Origin: Luminiphilus sp.
Lineage (GTDB): Bacteria > Pseudomonadota > Gammaproteobacteria > Pseudomonadales > Halieaceae
Direction: 5' to 3'
DNA: 64,000 bases
Assembly (NCBI GenBank): GCA_016779445.1
Contig: JADHNP010000003.1
Location: 24 to 64,023, forward strand
This document shows, piece after piece, positions 10,025-21,326 of the stretch. The notes below the pieces were generated by a model that was not told the origin of the DNA, did no database searches, and worked only from the letters and a program-made list of their open reading frames with translations. A program made the translations under genes and the position numbers. Every line of letters begins with the position of its first letter. The stretch's first letter is position 1.

Positions 10025-11173
10025 TTAAAGCCGTTTTTCGCGGGACGGGTCGGGGTCGTCAAACAACAGGAACTCTAGGCGCAGCACAATCTTCCACGCA
10101 CCCTCGCGGTCGAAAAAAGGCTCGTCAATGCGCCAGTTGTAACTGGGTTCTAGCTCCCAGAACAGAAAGTCGCGGTAGGCCTGCCGGCGAAATCGGACGC
10201 CAACCATATAATTGCTGACATGCTCATCGGGTTCGGTTTGACCTTCCGCACCAACATACAGCCAAGTTGCGCCCATCCTACCCCGTTCATTGTTCCACGC
10301 ACGGGCATAGGACAAATTGGTTGACCACTCCAAGCCATCGGTTTTTTCGCCCCGCATCAGGCGACTGTAGGAGCGAACCAGACTTCGCTCGTCGATGGCC
10401 TTGTCCAGCACAAACTGGGAAGTCCCGTAGAGACCTTCGTCATTTTCATGCATGACCCGCTGCGTGAAACGAAAGTTGAGATCCCTGGCAAAGTCATCTT
10501 GAAAAACGTATTTTGCACCCGGTCTGAGCCCAGAGCTCGAGACCCCCATGGTCAAGTCAAACCGATGTTTTTTGGCTTCTTTATTGCCCACCTGTAACTG
10601 GAGGCCAATGCGGTCTTCGTCGTATTTTTCACTGTCGCGTTCACCCATGCCATCCATATCCTCTCCCCGGAACACCAGATCCAGCCGATCGGAAATTTGT
10701 GGCAGTGCGACTTTGCCACCCAACCGAAACTTGACCTCATTGCTGAGTCGCTCGTCCCAGTCATAGATGGTCCGCAATCGCAAACGAGATTCTGCTTGCT
10801 CTAGGTCCCGCTCATCGTTACCAAAAAAATTATCGACCCACTGGGTCATCTCATTGGCTTTGCGCGTGGCGTAGTTATGACCCCCGTCGATCCAAGCCTC
10901 TTCCTCGCGATTGTCGAATTCGGGGTCTACTACTGCTTCTGATATGGCTGTATCGGCGGATGAACTGCTCTCGCTGGTGCTCTTATTCGCGGGCTGATCT
11001 GCTTCCGACCCGGTCGTAGGGTTCTCTAAAGATGCGGTAGGTTCTCCTAACTCATCTTGGGCTTGTCCAGTCATCGCCAATGCAATGCCGATCGTCAGAA
11101 TCATGATGACGGAGAGGCGGCGAACGACCGTGTGTGGTGTTAGGTCATGTATGTCCATGACGCTAGGGTACAA
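10025..11173 (-). CDS. Hypothetical exported, probably outer-membrane beta-barrel protein (true start probably further downstream, near 11107)
   Basis: Signal-like hydrophobic segment, acidic linker, then alternating amphipathic beta strands (RLRLRTIYDW, FRRQAYRDFLFWELEP, LRLEFLL). Confidence 0.65.
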   Translation of the reverse strand: MYPSVMDIHDLTPHTVVRRLSVIMILTIGIALAMTGQAQDELGEPTASLENPTTGSEADQPANKSTSESSSSADTAISEAVVDPEFDNREEEAWIDGGHNYATRKANEMTQWVDNFFGNDERDLEQAESRLRLRTIYDWDERLSNEVKFRLGGKVALPQISDRLDLVFRGEDMDGMGERDSEKYDEDRIGLQLQVGNKEAKKHRFDLTMGVSSSGLRPGAKYVFQDDFARDLNFRFTQRVMHENDEGLYGTSQFVLDKAIDERSLVRSYSRLMRGEKTDGLEWSTNLSYARAWNNERGRMGATWLYVGAEGQTEPDEHVSNYMVGVRFRRQAYRDFLFWELEPSYNWRIDEPFFDREGAWKIVLRLEFLLFDDPDPSREKRL

Positions 11174-11180
11174 TAAGTTT

Positions 11181-12047
11181 ATGGAATCTTTAATGCCCGT
11201 CTTGCAGGCAATTTTGCCACAGCACTTTTTGTCACGCGTGGTTGGGTGGTTCGCCCGGTTGGAGCAGCCCGTTTGGCTAAAAAATCGGTTGATACATCTG
11301 TTTATGGCCCGTTACGGCATTGATCTTACCGAGGCGACGTGCCGCCATGCAGAGGATTATCCAAGCTTCAATGCGTTTTTCACCCGCTCATTGCGCGAGG
11401 GAGTGCGACCACTGGGGCACACCGACTGGTGTCATCCTGCGGATGGTGTCCTGAGTCAGCGAGGGAATATTGACGCGTCAGAACTGGTGCAGGCCAAGGG
11501 ACGAACTTATCGCGTTACGGAGTTACTAGCGGGGTCCGAGGAGGAGGCCCTCCGATATGCTCAAGGGTGTTTTGCCACAACGTATTTGTCGCCCAGAGAT
11601 TATCACCGTGTGCACATGCCGGTGCGTGGCAGGCTGGTCAGCACGCGTTACGTCCCGGGCGACTTGTTCTCGGTAAACCACGCTACTACCGAGCGCGTGC
11701 AGGGACTTTTGGCGCGTAACGAGCGACTGGTCTGTTTTTTCGAGACCGATCACGGTGGGATGGTCATGGTATTGGTGGGAGCCATGATCGTTGCCGGTAT
11801 TGCCACCGTATGGGGTGGACGCGAGGTTCCCGGTACGGGAGCGGTTCGGGAGCAATTTTGGTTAGAAGGCGATGGGCCCGTATTGGAGGCTGGTCAGGAA
11901 ATGGGGCGATTTTTTCTGGGGTCTACCGTTGTGTTGGTCACCGAAACAGCGCATCTCGATTGGAACAACGAGGTGGGGGATGCGGTTACCGTGCGCTCGC
12001 CTCTCGCACAGTCCTCTGCAGCGTCCGTCGCCAGCGACACTGAGTAG
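11181..12047 (+). CDS. psd: Phosphatidylserine decarboxylase
   Basis: FNAFFTR, YLSPRDYHRVHMP, ARNER, self-cleavage motif LGST. Start chosen at ATG 11181. Confidence 0.95.
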   Translation: MESLMPVLQAILPQHFLSRVVGWFARLEQPVWLKNRLIHLFMARYGIDLTEATCRHAEDYPSFNAFFTRSLREGVRPLGHTDWCHPADGVLSQRGNIDASELVQAKGRTYRVTELLAGSEEEALRYAQGCFATTYLSPRDYHRVHMPVRGRLVSTRYVPGDLFSVNHATTERVQGLLARNERLVCFFETDHGGMVMVLVGAMIVAGIATVWGGREVPGTGAVREQFWLEGDGPVLEAGQEMGRFFLGSTVVLVTETAHLDWNNEVGDAVTVRSPLAQSSAASVASDTE

Positions 12048-12069
12048 AAAAATTGGGTTGGTTGCTGCG

Positions 12070-13029
12070 CTAGGAGGCGTCTAGAGCGCTTTGTCGTATT
12101 TGAAGATAACTCTCGAAGCGGGCCTCGCTAATACTGCCGTCTGTCACTGCGGCTCTCAGGGCGCAGTCAGGTTCCCGCTCGTGATGGCAATCACGAAATC
12201 GGCAGCGCCCCAGAAACGGCGAAAATTCCCGAAAGCCCAGCGCGATTTCAGCAGGCGTCACGTGGCCGAGGCCAAATTCTCTCACCCCAGGTGAATCGAT
12301 CAGTCGCCCACCGTTAGGCAGGTGGAAAAGTTCTGCGGTGGTGGTGGTATGTCGACCTTTGTCTGCCAGCTCTGACAGAGGGCCAACGCGGATTGAGGCG
12401 TCGGGCAATAATCGCTGAATCAATGATGATTTCCCCACGCCTGACTGCCCGACCAACACTACGGTGCTGTCTCTAATCAGATTCGCCAAATCAGATGCAT
12501 CTGACATGCCCTGATGTGTGGTCAGTGTCCGGTATCCTAGTGTCGCATAGCGCTCTAGCCGCTGGGACAAGCCATTGTCCTTGAGCAGATCTGCTTTGTT
12601 CAGTATCAGTGCGGCCTCCACACTCATGTGCTCGGCAGCCACAAGATAGCGATCCAATAAATTGGGTTGTGGTGCCGGCTCAGGCGCGAAAACAATCAGC
12701 AGTAACTGAACATTGGCAGCGATCGGGCGCAGCTGCCCCCGAATATCGGGTCTGTGAAGCACGTTCAACCGTTCGGTTATTGCGATGATGACCCCTGCCT
12801 CTTCGCTGCGCACCCAGATGACGCCGTCACCCGCGACCGGCGATTCCAAATGAGAGCGCAGATGACACAACACGCGATCCCCCTCTGCATTCTCTACCAA
12901 AGCTTGCTTGCCGTAGCGGGCGACGACGGTGCCCATCTCACCACCATCAACAGCCTCGGCGGAGCCCAGCTGGGTGCGTTGCGCTTTAATCCGGCGCGCC
13001 TGTTGATGTGTAAGGCGGGGTTTTGTCAT
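12070..13029 (-). CDS. rsgA: Ribosome biogenesis GTPase RsgA
   Basis: NKAD, GQSGVGKSS, GRHTTT, DSPGVREF, CRFRDCHHEREPDC zinc motif. Start at ATG 13029. Confidence 0.96.
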   Translation of the reverse strand: MTKPRLTHQQARRIKAQRTQLGSAEAVDGGEMGTVVARYGKQALVENAEGDRVLCHLRSHLESPVAGDGVIWVRSEEAGVIIAITERLNVLHRPDIRGQLRPIAANVQLLLIVFAPEPAPQPNLLDRYLVAAEHMSVEAALILNKADLLKDNGLSQRLERYATLGYRTLTTHQGMSDASDLANLIRDSTVVLVGQSGVGKSSLIQRLLPDASIRVGPLSELADKGRHTTTTAELFHLPNGGRLIDSPGVREFGLGHVTPAEIALGFREFSPFLGRCRFRDCHHEREPDCALRAAVTDGSISEARFESYLQIRQSALDAS

Positions 13030-13101
13030 CGTGATAGTGTAAGCCACCTGATGCCGGCTCGCTCGCAGGGTTATGGTGGATAGGAAAAAGGGAGATGCGT
13101 C

Positions 13102-13650
13102 ATGGCGGTCAGTGACCAAAATTTTATCTGGGTGGATATGGAAATGACGGGGCTGGTCCCCGAGGAACATCGCGTGATCGAGATTGCCACGATTGTCACC
13201 GATTCCAACCTCACTGTGTTGGCTGAAGGGCCCGTGATCGCTATTTATCAAGATGCTGCGACGCTCGAGGCCATGGATGAATGGAATACGCGAACCCATA
13301 CCGGCTCCGGCCTGGTTGATCGTGTGCGCTCGAGCACGTTTTCGGAGCAAGTCGCTACTGATGCAACACTTACCTTCCTCGCCGAGTGGGTGTCGCCTGG
13401 GCAGTCACCGATGTGTGGTAACTCAATTTGCCAGGACCGTCGTTTTATGGCGCGACACATGCCGGAGTTGGAGTCGTTTTTTCACTACCGCAATCTGGAT
13501 GTCAGCACACTCAAGATTCTGATGCAGCGCTGGCGTCCAGACATTCCAGCAGCGCCGAAGAAAGGTGCCCATCAGGCACTGGAAGACATACGCGAATCGA
13601 TAGAGGAAATGCGTCATTATCGCGCCCATTTTTTAAGGGTAGACACTTAG
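13102..13650 (+). CDS. orn: Oligoribonuclease
   Basis: [40 protein letters not shown]. Confidence 0.98.
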   Translation: MAVSDQNFIWVDMEMTGLVPEEHRVIEIATIVTDSNLTVLAEGPVIAIYQDAATLEAMDEWNTRTHTGSGLVDRVRSSTFSEQVATDATLTFLAEWVSPGQSPMCGNSICQDRRFMARHMPELESFFHYRNLDVSTLKILMQRWRPDIPAAPKKGAHQALEDIRESIEEMRHYRAHFLRVDT

Positions 13651-13665
13651 TAGGCTTTCTCAGCG

Positions 13666-13697
13666 CAACATCAGCGGCGACGCGAGGTTGTTTTTTT
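13666..13697 (+). terminator. Possible intrinsic terminator after orn
   Basis: Imperfect stem CAAC..GCG/CGC..GTTG followed by a T7 tract. Confidence 0.4.
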
Positions 13698-14781
13698 ATC
13701 TCTGAGTATGTTGCGCCAGTGCCCAGAGTACGTGCTCGCGAACCACTGCAGAGGGGTCATCCACCGCCGATTGCAGCGCCCGCACTACTGCATCTGAGGT
13801 GTCGGCATTTCCCAGGGCAATGGCGACGTTACGCCGCCATTGGGAATAGCCAATGCGGCGGATTGCGGAACCTTCCGTGCGGGCCAGGAAAGTGGCTTCG
13901 TCCCAACCGAAGCAGGTCGCCAGCGTGATGCTATCGAGCTGGTGGCGTGGGGCGAAATCGGGCTCACGCGTCTGTGCGGCGAATTTATTCCAGGGGCAGA
14001 CCAGCTGGCAGTCGTCACAGCCGTAGATGCGATTGCCCATCGCCCGTCGCAGTGCTTCCGGGATCACGCCATCGAACTCGATGGTCAGGTATGAGATACA
14101 TTTTCGAGCATCAAGCACCCAAGGCGACACAAACGCCTGAGTCGGGCAAATATCCAGGCAGGCCTGACAGGTGCCGCAATGTTGCGTCGCTTGTGGGGGG
14201 TCAGGCGGGAGCGGAATGTCGGTGTAGATCTCTCCCAGAAAAAACCATGATCCCGCTTTGTCATTGAGCAACATGGTGTTCTTTCCGATCCAACCCAGCC
14301 CGGCGTTCTCTGCCAGAGCGCGCTCCAGAACCGGTGCACTGTCGACGAATGCCCGGTAACGTCCGGTACCCAATTGCGTCTCGATTTGACGAGCCAATTT
14401 TGCCAGTCGGGCCCGCATGAGTTTGTGGTAGTCCCGACCCAATGCATACCGCGATATGTAAGCCAGTTCAGATTGCGACAATACCTGCTCAGCGTCGGCC
14501 CCCTCTGGTAAATAATCCATGCGGGCGGTGATGACCGTGCAAGTCCCGGGAACCAGCGCATTGGGCTGGCTTCTTTTACTGCCATGGCGCGCCATCCATT
14601 CCATTTCGCCGTGGTAACCCTTAGCAAGCCATTTTTGCAGGTACTCTTCGTGCTGCTGGAGGTCCACTCCTGTAAAACCCAGCGCCTGAAAGCCGAGCGC
14701 GTCTCCCCACTCTCGAATCCGATCCAGCAATGCGGTATCGGCTCCAAGCTGGTCACTGGCAATCGGCGAGCGTTGATCCAT
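13696..14781 (-). CDS. queG: Epoxyqueuosine reductase
   Basis: SRYALGRDYH, FVDSAPVLER, GSWFFLGE, CGTCQACLDICPT, CISYLTIE, GCDDCQLVCPWN. Confidence 0.97.
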   Translation of the reverse strand: MDQRSPIASDQLGADTALLDRIREWGDALGFQALGFTGVDLQQHEEYLQKWLAKGYHGEMEWMARHGSKRSQPNALVPGTCTVITARMDYLPEGADAEQVLSQSELAYISRYALGRDYHKLMRARLAKLARQIETQLGTGRYRAFVDSAPVLERALAENAGLGWIGKNTMLLNDKAGSWFFLGEIYTDIPLPPDPPQATQHCGTCQACLDICPTQAFVSPWVLDARKCISYLTIEFDGVIPEALRRAMGNRIYGCDDCQLVCPWNKFAAQTREPDFAPRHQLDSITLATCFGWDEATFLARTEGSAIRRIGYSQWRRNVAIALGNADTSDAVVRALQSAVDDPSAVVREHVLWALAQHTQR

Positions 14782-14848
14782 GGCGAGATTGTGACAGATA
14801 CCGGACCGAGCGCGGTACACTTCAGTCATGCCGCCCAAACTCTCCGCC

Positions 14849-15298
14849 ATGCAAACCGGATTCCTTGCCGACGAGGAAAAAACACTGGCGTTGGGCGAAC
14901 AATTGGGGAGACGTATTAAGACCTCCGCGGTGGTTTACCTGAGCGGTGAACTGGGTGCGGGTAAAACGACTTTTAGCCGCGGTTTTTTGCGTGGTCGTGG
15001 TCATACTGGATCGGTGAAGAGCCCCACCTACACGATTGTCGAACCCTATGAGACGTTGCGCGAAATGCCCGTTTTTCATCTCGACCTATATCGCTTGGGT
15101 TCACCCGAGGAGCTCGCCTATCTGGGATTAGAGGACTATCTCTCCCGTGAGGCTGTTTTATTGATTGAATGGCCCGAACGGGCTCTGTCGCATTTACCAC
15201 CGCCTACAATGCAGATTACGCTGACCCCGGAAAATGAGGGGCGAGGTATTAGACTGCGGGCGAACGATACGGAGGTGCTGCATGGGCTGGTTTTCTGA
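14849..15298 (+). CDS. tsaE: t6A biosynthesis ATPase TsaE
   Basis: GELGAGKTT, VKSPTYTIVE, HLDLYRL, IEWPE. Start may be 14828. Confidence 0.96.
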   Translation: MQTGFLADEEKTLALGEQLGRRIKTSAVVYLSGELGAGKTTFSRGFLRGRGHTGSVKSPTYTIVEPYETLREMPVFHLDLYRLGSPEELAYLGLEDYLSREAVLLIEWPERALSHLPPPTMQITLTPENEGRGIRLRANDTEVLHGLVF

Positions 15299-16682
15299 CA
15301 GGGCGGCCCCAAGGCCATTGGGGGCCGCCAGACACGAGCGCGGGCTCGTCCGCCCTCCAGTGCGTCCGCTGGTGGCGCTCGCCATGATGTTCACTGTGTT
15401 TGCCAGTGGCCTTCACTGCGCCCAAGCAATGGCAGCCGAAGTCAGCGCGGTAAGGCTTTGGCGGGCGCCAGATCATACTCGGGTGGTATTGGATGTGTCG
15501 GAGCAAGTCTCTTTTACCCGCCTAAAGCTCGAAAACCCCGAGCGCTTTGTTGTGGATTTGAAAAATAGCCGTTTGACCTCTTCTCTGGCGGTATTGCCGC
15601 TTGAGGGGACGCCGATCTCTCAACTCCGCTCTGGCATCCGCGAAGGAACTGATTTGCGGCTTGTCGTGGATTTAAAGTCGAAAGTGAAGACCTCGGTTTT
15701 TTTACTGCCGCCTAATGAGGTGAACGGTTATAGGGTGGTGATCGACTTGTTTGACCCGCCCTCATCACAAAGTGATCCCGAGCCTGTGCTCTCTGTAGAT
15801 AGCCTCGACGCGCGGCGGGATATCATCGTGGCCATCGACGCCGGACACGGTGGTGAGGACCCTGGCGCTTCAGGTCCTGGGAAGTTGCGGGAAAAAACAG
15901 TGGTGCTCCAAATCGCCAGACGACTCGAGCAACAGCTTTCTGGGGTGCCCGGCTTTAAACCCGTACTGATTCGCTCGGGCGATTATTACGTGAGTCTCAA
16001 AAGCCGTCGCAACAAAGCGAGGGAGCTCCAGGCAGACCTTTTAGTGTCCATTCATGCTGACGCATTTCGGCAAACGTCAGCGCATGGTGCGTCGGTCTAC
16101 GCGTTGTCGACTCGCGGCGCCACCTCGACGGCGGCGAAGTATTTGGCCGAGAACGAAAATGCGGCAGATCTGGTGGGGGGCGTAGAAGTGGCAGAGATGG
16201 ACCCAGTTTTAGCCAGTGTCCTGACCGATTTATCGATGACCGGTACTCTAGATACCAGCCTAAATGTGGGGGCGCTGATTCTGGAACAGATAGGTGGTGT
16301 GGCTCGACTGCACAAAAAACAGGTGGAGCAGGCGGGTTTTGCAGTGTTGAAGTCGCCGGATGTGCCTTCGCTATTGATCGAGACCGGGTTTATCTCTAAT
16401 CCAACCGAGTCAGAGCGGCTCTCTACACCGGCTTATCAAGATAAGATGGCGCGAGCGATCCGTCGCGGCATTCAGAGTTGGTTCGCGCGGCAGCCACCGC
16501 CCGGTACTTTGCTGGCGTGGCAGCGAGAGCAGGGTGGTCGGGAAGTGACAGTGGCGCCCGGCGATACGCTCTCGGAGATAGCGCAACAGCACAGCGTTTC
16601 TGTCGCCTCGATTAAAACTACTAATGGTCTGAATCGCGATGTCATCTTCGTGGGGCAGACGCTACTGATCCCGGACGCCTAA
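15282..16682 (+). CDS. amiB: N-acetylmuramoyl-L-alanine amidase (AMIN + Amidase_3 + LysM); start uncertain
   Basis: [14 protein letters not shown] (AMIN), [26 protein letters not shown]-terminal GDTLSEIA LysM; lies between tsaE and mutL. Confidence 0.92.
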   Translation: MGWFSDRAAPRPLGAARHERGLVRPPVRPLVALAMMFTVFASGLHCAQAMAAEVSAVRLWRAPDHTRVVLDVSEQVSFTRLKLENPERFVVDLKNSRLTSSLAVLPLEGTPISQLRSGIREGTDLRLVVDLKSKVKTSVFLLPPNEVNGYRVVIDLFDPPSSQSDPEPVLSVDSLDARRDIIVAIDAGHGGEDPGASGPGKLREKTVVLQIARRLEQQLSGVPGFKPVLIRSGDYYVSLKSRRNKARELQADLLVSIHADAFRQTSAHGASVYALSTRGATSTAAKYLAENENAADLVGGVEVAEMDPVLASVLTDLSMTGTLDTSLNVGALILEQIGGVARLHKKQVEQAGFAVLKSPDVPSLLIETGFISNPTESERLSTPAYQDKMARAIRRGIQSWFARQPPPGTLLAWQREQGGREVTVAPGDTLSEIAQQHSVSVASIKTTNGLNRDVIFVGQTLLIPDA

Positions 16683-16684
16683 TT

Positions 16685-18514
16685 TTGCCGATTCGAATCC
16701 TGGAGCCTCGGCTCGCCAACCAGATTGCAGCAGGGGAGGTCGTGGAACGCCCTGCATCAGTGGTGAAGGAGGCTATTGAGAACAGCCTCGATGCGGGTGC
16801 CTCGCGTGTTGAGATCGATGTGGAGGCCGGCGGTACCCGTTTGCTCCGTATCCGCGATAACGGCTCGGGAATTATGGAGGCCGATCTCGCGCTCTCGCTG
16901 GCGCGGCATGCGACCAGTAAAATCAACAGCATCGAAGACCTTGAGGCCGTTGCTTCACTGGGATTTCGTGGCGAGGCGCTCGCGTCGATTGCCTCTGTCA
17001 CGCGACTTTCACTCACCTCTAATACTGAGACAGAATCTGCCCGAGGACATCAGGCGCGGTGCGAGGGGCGCGAGATGGCGGTGGAGGTGCGGCCCGCACC
17101 ACATCCGCGCGGGACGACGCTCGAGATACGCGACCTCTTTTACAACACGCCCGCGCGCCGCAAGTTTTTGCGCACCGAAAAAACCGAGTTTGGTCACATC
17201 CTCGAGGTGATCAAGCGGCAGGCACTGTCGAGACCCGACGTAACTTTTGTACTGAGCCACAACGGCAAACAAATCATTCACTACCCAGCCGCCATGGCCG
17301 ACAACGAGCAGAAACGTCGCGTGGCGGGAATCTGCGGTAAAGAATTTGCCGCGCGAACGGTGCCGGTTGAACGCAACGCCGGCCCTTTGCGATTGTGGGG
17401 TTGGGTGGCCGAACCCACGTTTTCAAGGAGTCAGGCCGACTTACAGTACTTTTTTGTTAATGGCCGGGTTATCCGGGATAAGCTCGTTTCACACGCCATT
17501 AGACAGGCGTATCGCGATGTCCTTTTCCATGGACGCCATCCGGCTTTTGTGTTGTTTCTTGAGCTTGATCCGGCGGGTGTGGATGTGAACGTGCATCCCA
17601 CCAAGCATGAGGTGCGGTTTCGCGAGAGCCGCGGCATACACGACTTTCTCTTCAGTACGCTGTCTCGCGCACTGGGGGACGTGCGTCCGGGGCAAGCGGC
17701 TGTCGCAGCGGACGCAGCGTCGCGCGACATAACGATGGCCCAGGGAAATATGCCTCTTGATACTGGGGGGTTGCCTGCGTCGGTTACCACCGTATCGGCT
17801 CAGAACGCGTTGCGTATGGTGGGTTTGGATAGTTTCGGCGGGGGGCGCAGTGATGCGGGCGGCTCCTTTGCTTTGCCCTCGACAATCAAGGGCAGGCCTC
17901 AGCCTGAATTTTCCGCGCCCTCTGGCGATATCCCACCCCTCGGGTTTGCGGTTGCCCAGCTGCATGGGGTGTATATCCTGTCTGAAAATCAGCAGGGGTT
18001 GGTGTTGGTCGACATGCACGCTGCCCATGAGCGTATTACCTACGAGCGGTTAAAAGGCGCCCGGGACAATGCCGGCATTACCCGACAGCCGCTGCTTGTG
18101 CCGCAGACCTTGGCGGTTTCGGCACGAGAGGCGGCGGTCTGTGCTGAGCAATTCGAGGAGTTGGCCGCGCTGGGCGTATGGGTAGAGCCGGTTGGGGAGG
18201 AGATGCTGATCGTTCGGGAATTGCCTGCTGCACTGATTGACGCCGACGCCGAAGCGCTGGTGCGCGATGTGCTCTCGGACTTGCTTGAGTTCGGTACCAG
18301 CGACCGCATAGCGAGTTCGATGGATGAGTTGTTGTCTACCATGGCGTGCCATGGATCTGTTCGCGCTAATCGCCGGCTCACATTACCCGAGATGAATGCG
18401 CTACTGAGGGACATGGAGGAGACCGAGCGCTCGGGCCAGTGTAATCACGGCCGCCCGACTTGGGTGCAGCTGGGGATGCATGATCTGGATAAGCTCTTTT
18501 TGCGTGGACGCTGA
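16685..18514 (+). CDS. mutL: DNA mismatch repair protein MutL (TTG start)
   Basis: [30 protein letters not shown], endonuclease motifs [11 protein letters not shown] and CNHGRP. Confidence 0.98.
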   Translation: MPIRILEPRLANQIAAGEVVERPASVVKEAIENSLDAGASRVEIDVEAGGTRLLRIRDNGSGIMEADLALSLARHATSKINSIEDLEAVASLGFRGEALASIASVTRLSLTSNTETESARGHQARCEGREMAVEVRPAPHPRGTTLEIRDLFYNTPARRKFLRTEKTEFGHILEVIKRQALSRPDVTFVLSHNGKQIIHYPAAMADNEQKRRVAGICGKEFAARTVPVERNAGPLRLWGWVAEPTFSRSQADLQYFFVNGRVIRDKLVSHAIRQAYRDVLFHGRHPAFVLFLELDPAGVDVNVHPTKHEVRFRESRGIHDFLFSTLSRALGDVRPGQAAVAADAASRDITMAQGNMPLDTGGLPASVTTVSAQNALRMVGLDSFGGGRSDAGGSFALPSTIKGRPQPEFSAPSGDIPPLGFAVAQLHGVYILSENQQGLVLVDMHAAHERITYERLKGARDNAGITRQPLLVPQTLAVSAREAAVCAEQFEELAALGVWVEPVGEEMLIVRELPAALIDADAEALVRDVLSDLLEFGTSDRIASSMDELLSTMACHGSVRANRRLTLPEMNALLRDMEETERSGQCNHGRPTWVQLGMHDLDKLFLRGR

Positions 18515-18516
18515 TA

Positions 18517-19491
18517 ATGGCTGAACCGGTGCTGGCCCTAATGGGGCCAACCGCGTCAGGGAAATCGACCCTTGCGGAGCGGCTCGCAGAAACCTTCGAT
18601 GGCGAGCTGATCAGTGTCGACTCGGCGCTGGTTTATCAGGGTCTTTCAGTCGGTGCGGCTAAACCCGATTACCCCCACCACCTTGTGCATATCCGCGACC
18701 CGTCCCATGTTTACACCGCCGCAGATTTTGCTCGGGATGCCAGTGGCTGCATCGAGGACATCCGTGCTCGGGGGCGTCGTCCGATATTGGTTGGGGGCAG
18801 CATGCTGTATTTCCGCGCACTGATTCACGGTTTTGACGAGGTGCCCGAAATCGACCCGGCGATTCGCTTGTCCATCGAAGCCGAGGCGCGCGCCTCGAGC
18901 TGGCCAGCCATGCATCAACAATTAGCAGAGGTCGATCCGGTTTCCGCCGCGCAACTTCACCCCAATCATAGCCAGCGAATTTGTCGCGCACTCGAGGTGC
19001 ACAGGGGGACTGGCAGGGCATTGAGCGACTGGCAACAGAGTGCCGCACCTCCAACCGCCCTGGGTAACCCAGCTTTCGAATGTATTGCTTTATGCCCTGA
19101 GCACCGTGCGACATTACACGCGCGAATCGAGCGGCGTCTGGATGATATGTTTGAGGCGGGTCTGATTGACGAAGTCACGACACTGCATGAGCGCGGCGAT
19201 TTGCACACGGACTTACCCGCCATCCGAGCAGTAGGCTACCGACAGGTGTGGTCCTTTCTTCAGGGTGAAATCAGTCTGGAGGAATGCCGTGAAAAAGTGT
19301 TGGCCGCAACACGGCAACTGGCCAAGCGACAAATCACTTGGTTAAGAGGCTGGCCAGCGCTCGCGTGGGTGCTTACCGATGCTCAAGGGCAAATATTGCC
19401 GCCCCGTGCAGACGATGAGCAGCCGACGTCGACGCACCCCCCCAGGGCGGTGTGGAAAAATCGTATCATGGAGGTGATGCAGAACTTTTAG
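18517..19491 (+). CDS. miaA: tRNA dimethylallyltransferase
   Basis: GPTASGKS, ISVDS, VGGSMLY, RAVGYRQ, TRQLAKRQITW. Confidence 0.97.
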   Translation: MAEPVLALMGPTASGKSTLAERLAETFDGELISVDSALVYQGLSVGAAKPDYPHHLVHIRDPSHVYTAADFARDASGCIEDIRARGRRPILVGGSMLYFRALIHGFDEVPEIDPAIRLSIEAEARASSWPAMHQQLAEVDPVSAAQLHPNHSQRICRALEVHRGTGRALSDWQQSAAPPTALGNPAFECIALCPEHRATLHARIERRLDDMFEAGLIDEVTTLHERGDLHTDLPAIRAVGYRQVWSFLQGEISLEECREKVLAATRQLAKRQITWLRGWPALAWVLTDAQGQILPPRADDEQPTSTHPPRAVWKNRIMEVMQNF

Positions 19492-19522
19492 CTGACCTAC
19501 ATATCGTAGTAGAATAAGGGAC

Positions 19523-19545
19523 ACTCCACGGCGGTGGAGTTTTTT
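19523..19545 (+). terminator. Terminator-like hairpin between miaA and hfq
   Basis: ACTCCAC-GGCG-GTGGAGT followed by TTTTT. Confidence 0.6.
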
Positions 19546-19623
19546 GTTGCCGATGCTTTGGCGGCCGTACAGTGCTTCTTCGTGAAGAGCACGCGTTTTT
19601 GATTTTGAAAACAAGGAGTTCCC

Positions 19624-19869
19624 ATGTCGAAAGGGCATACCTTACAAGACCCTTACCTCAACGCACTGCGCAAGGAAAGAGTCCCGGTCTCAATTTATTT
19701 GGTCAACGGCATCAAGCTTCAGGGCCAAATAGAATCATTCGACCAGTTTGTCGTGCTGTTGAAGAACACCGTGTCCCAGATGGTATACAAGCACGCGATC
19801 TCAACGGTAGTCCCGGCCCGTAACGTGCGTTTGCCCGCTGCGGATGATGAGACAGCCGCTGAAGACTGA
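19624..19869 (+). CDS. hfq: RNA chaperone Hfq
   Basis: [34 protein letters not shown]...[10 protein letters not shown]. Confidence 0.99.
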   Translation: MSKGHTLQDPYLNALRKERVPVSIYLVNGIKLQGQIESFDQFVVLLKNTVSQMVYKHAISTVVPARNVRLPAADDETAAED

Positions 19870-19907
19870 TCCCTCTGCGCTCCTGCTGGGGCGCCGCTTG
19901 ATTCCCC

Positions 19908-21158
19908 ATGTTCTTTGATCGTCACCAGGGCGGTGAACGCGCTGTGCTGGTTCAGTTGCAACTGGATGGAGATGGGCGCGACCCTAGTATGTTGGAGTTT
20001 GAGGAGCTGGTGGGCTCCGCCGGTGGGGCGCCGGTCGCCATGATAACGGGGTCGCGCCGTGCTCCGCATGCCAGAACTTTTGTGGGTGAGGGCAAGCTCG
20101 AAGAGATTGCCGCGGCGTGTCGGGACAACGAAGCGGAGTTGGTCATTTTTAATCATGCTTTGAGGCCCAGCCAGGAGCGCAATCTGGAGCAGGCGTTGTG
20201 CTGCAGAGTACTGGCGCGGACAGGACTGATACTGGACATCTTTGCACAGCGGGCGCGAACGCATGAGGGCAAGCTGCAAGTAGAATTGGCACAGTTGACC
20301 CACATGAGTACCCGTCTTGTCAGAGGGTGGACTCACCTTGAGCGGCAAAAAGGCGGTATTGGTCTTCGTGGGCCAGGTGAAACCCAGCTGGAGACCGACC
20401 GCAGATTGTTGCGCGCTCGCATCAAGTCCATTCAGGGGCGGCTCGATCGGGTTCGGAACCAGAGGGATCAGAGCCGGCGGGCGCGGCGGCGAGCGGAGTT
20501 ACCGGTTTTGTCGCTGGTCGGCTACACCAACGCCGGCAAATCTACGCTGTTTAACCGACTCACCTCCTCGGCGGTTTATGCGGCAGATAAATTATTTGCG
20601 ACGCTGGATCCCACATTGGCAAGGGTCGATATTGAGCAGCTGGGACCGGTACTGTTTGCCGATACTGTCGGATTTATCTCAGAGCTACCCACGACGCTGG
20701 TTGAGGCATTTAAAGCGACCCTGGAAGAGACAGCGAACGCGAGTTTGCTCCTGCACGTAGTCGACGTATCGGCCGAAAATCGCGAGGACTTGATAGCTGA
20801 TGTGGAGGCGGTGCTGGAAGAAATCGGCGCAGATGCGCTACCTCAACTGATGGTATTCAACAAGTTAGACCTGTTGGAGCAGCCCGCTAGGATCTTGAGA
20901 AACGAGGAGGGTATGGCGGTGGCGGTTTATGTGTCAGCAGTCACCGGAGAAGGTATTGCGCTGTTGCTGGAAGCGGTACGGGAGCGACTGGCGGTTGCGC
21001 TCTTTGACGAAGAGGTGATTCTGGATGCGAACCGTGGGCGCCTGCGAGCGGCCTTGTACGAGCAGGGTGCAGTCTGCGCGGAGGAGTGGCAGCCGGATGG
21101 TAGTTCTCGTCTGCATATTAGAATGCCTCTATCGGACTGGCGGCGGTTGAATCGGTAA
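19908..21158 (+). CDS. hflX: GTPase HflX
   Basis: IFAQRARTHEGKLQVELAQL, GPGETQLE, GYTNAGKST, LFATLDPT, DTVGF, NKLD. Confidence 0.98.
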   Translation: MFFDRHQGGERAVLVQLQLDGDGRDPSMLEFEELVGSAGGAPVAMITGSRRAPHARTFVGEGKLEEIAAACRDNEAELVIFNHALRPSQERNLEQALCCRVLARTGLILDIFAQRARTHEGKLQVELAQLTHMSTRLVRGWTHLERQKGGIGLRGPGETQLETDRRLLRARIKSIQGRLDRVRNQRDQSRRARRRAELPVLSLVGYTNAGKSTLFNRLTSSAVYAADKLFATLDPTLARVDIEQLGPVLFADTVGFISELPTTLVEAFKATLEETANASLLLHVVDVSAENREDLIADVEAVLEEIGADALPQLMVFNKLDLLEQPARILRNEEGMAVAVYVSAVTGEGIALLLEAVRERLAVALFDEEVILDANRGRLRAALYEQGAVCAEEWQPDGSSRLHIRMPLSDWRRLNR

Positions 21159-21326
21159 TGTTAGGTGCAGGAGGGGCCATTACGATCAGGCGTGAGAGCA
21201 AGAAAGCCCTGATGAGCGGCCGGGATAATTCGATAAAGTACCAAAAGCGATGTAAAGCGTCGATAAAGCCCCGATCTTAGGCCGGGGTTTGTTAGACTAG
21301 GCGCCATTACGACGAGGAAAAACGTT

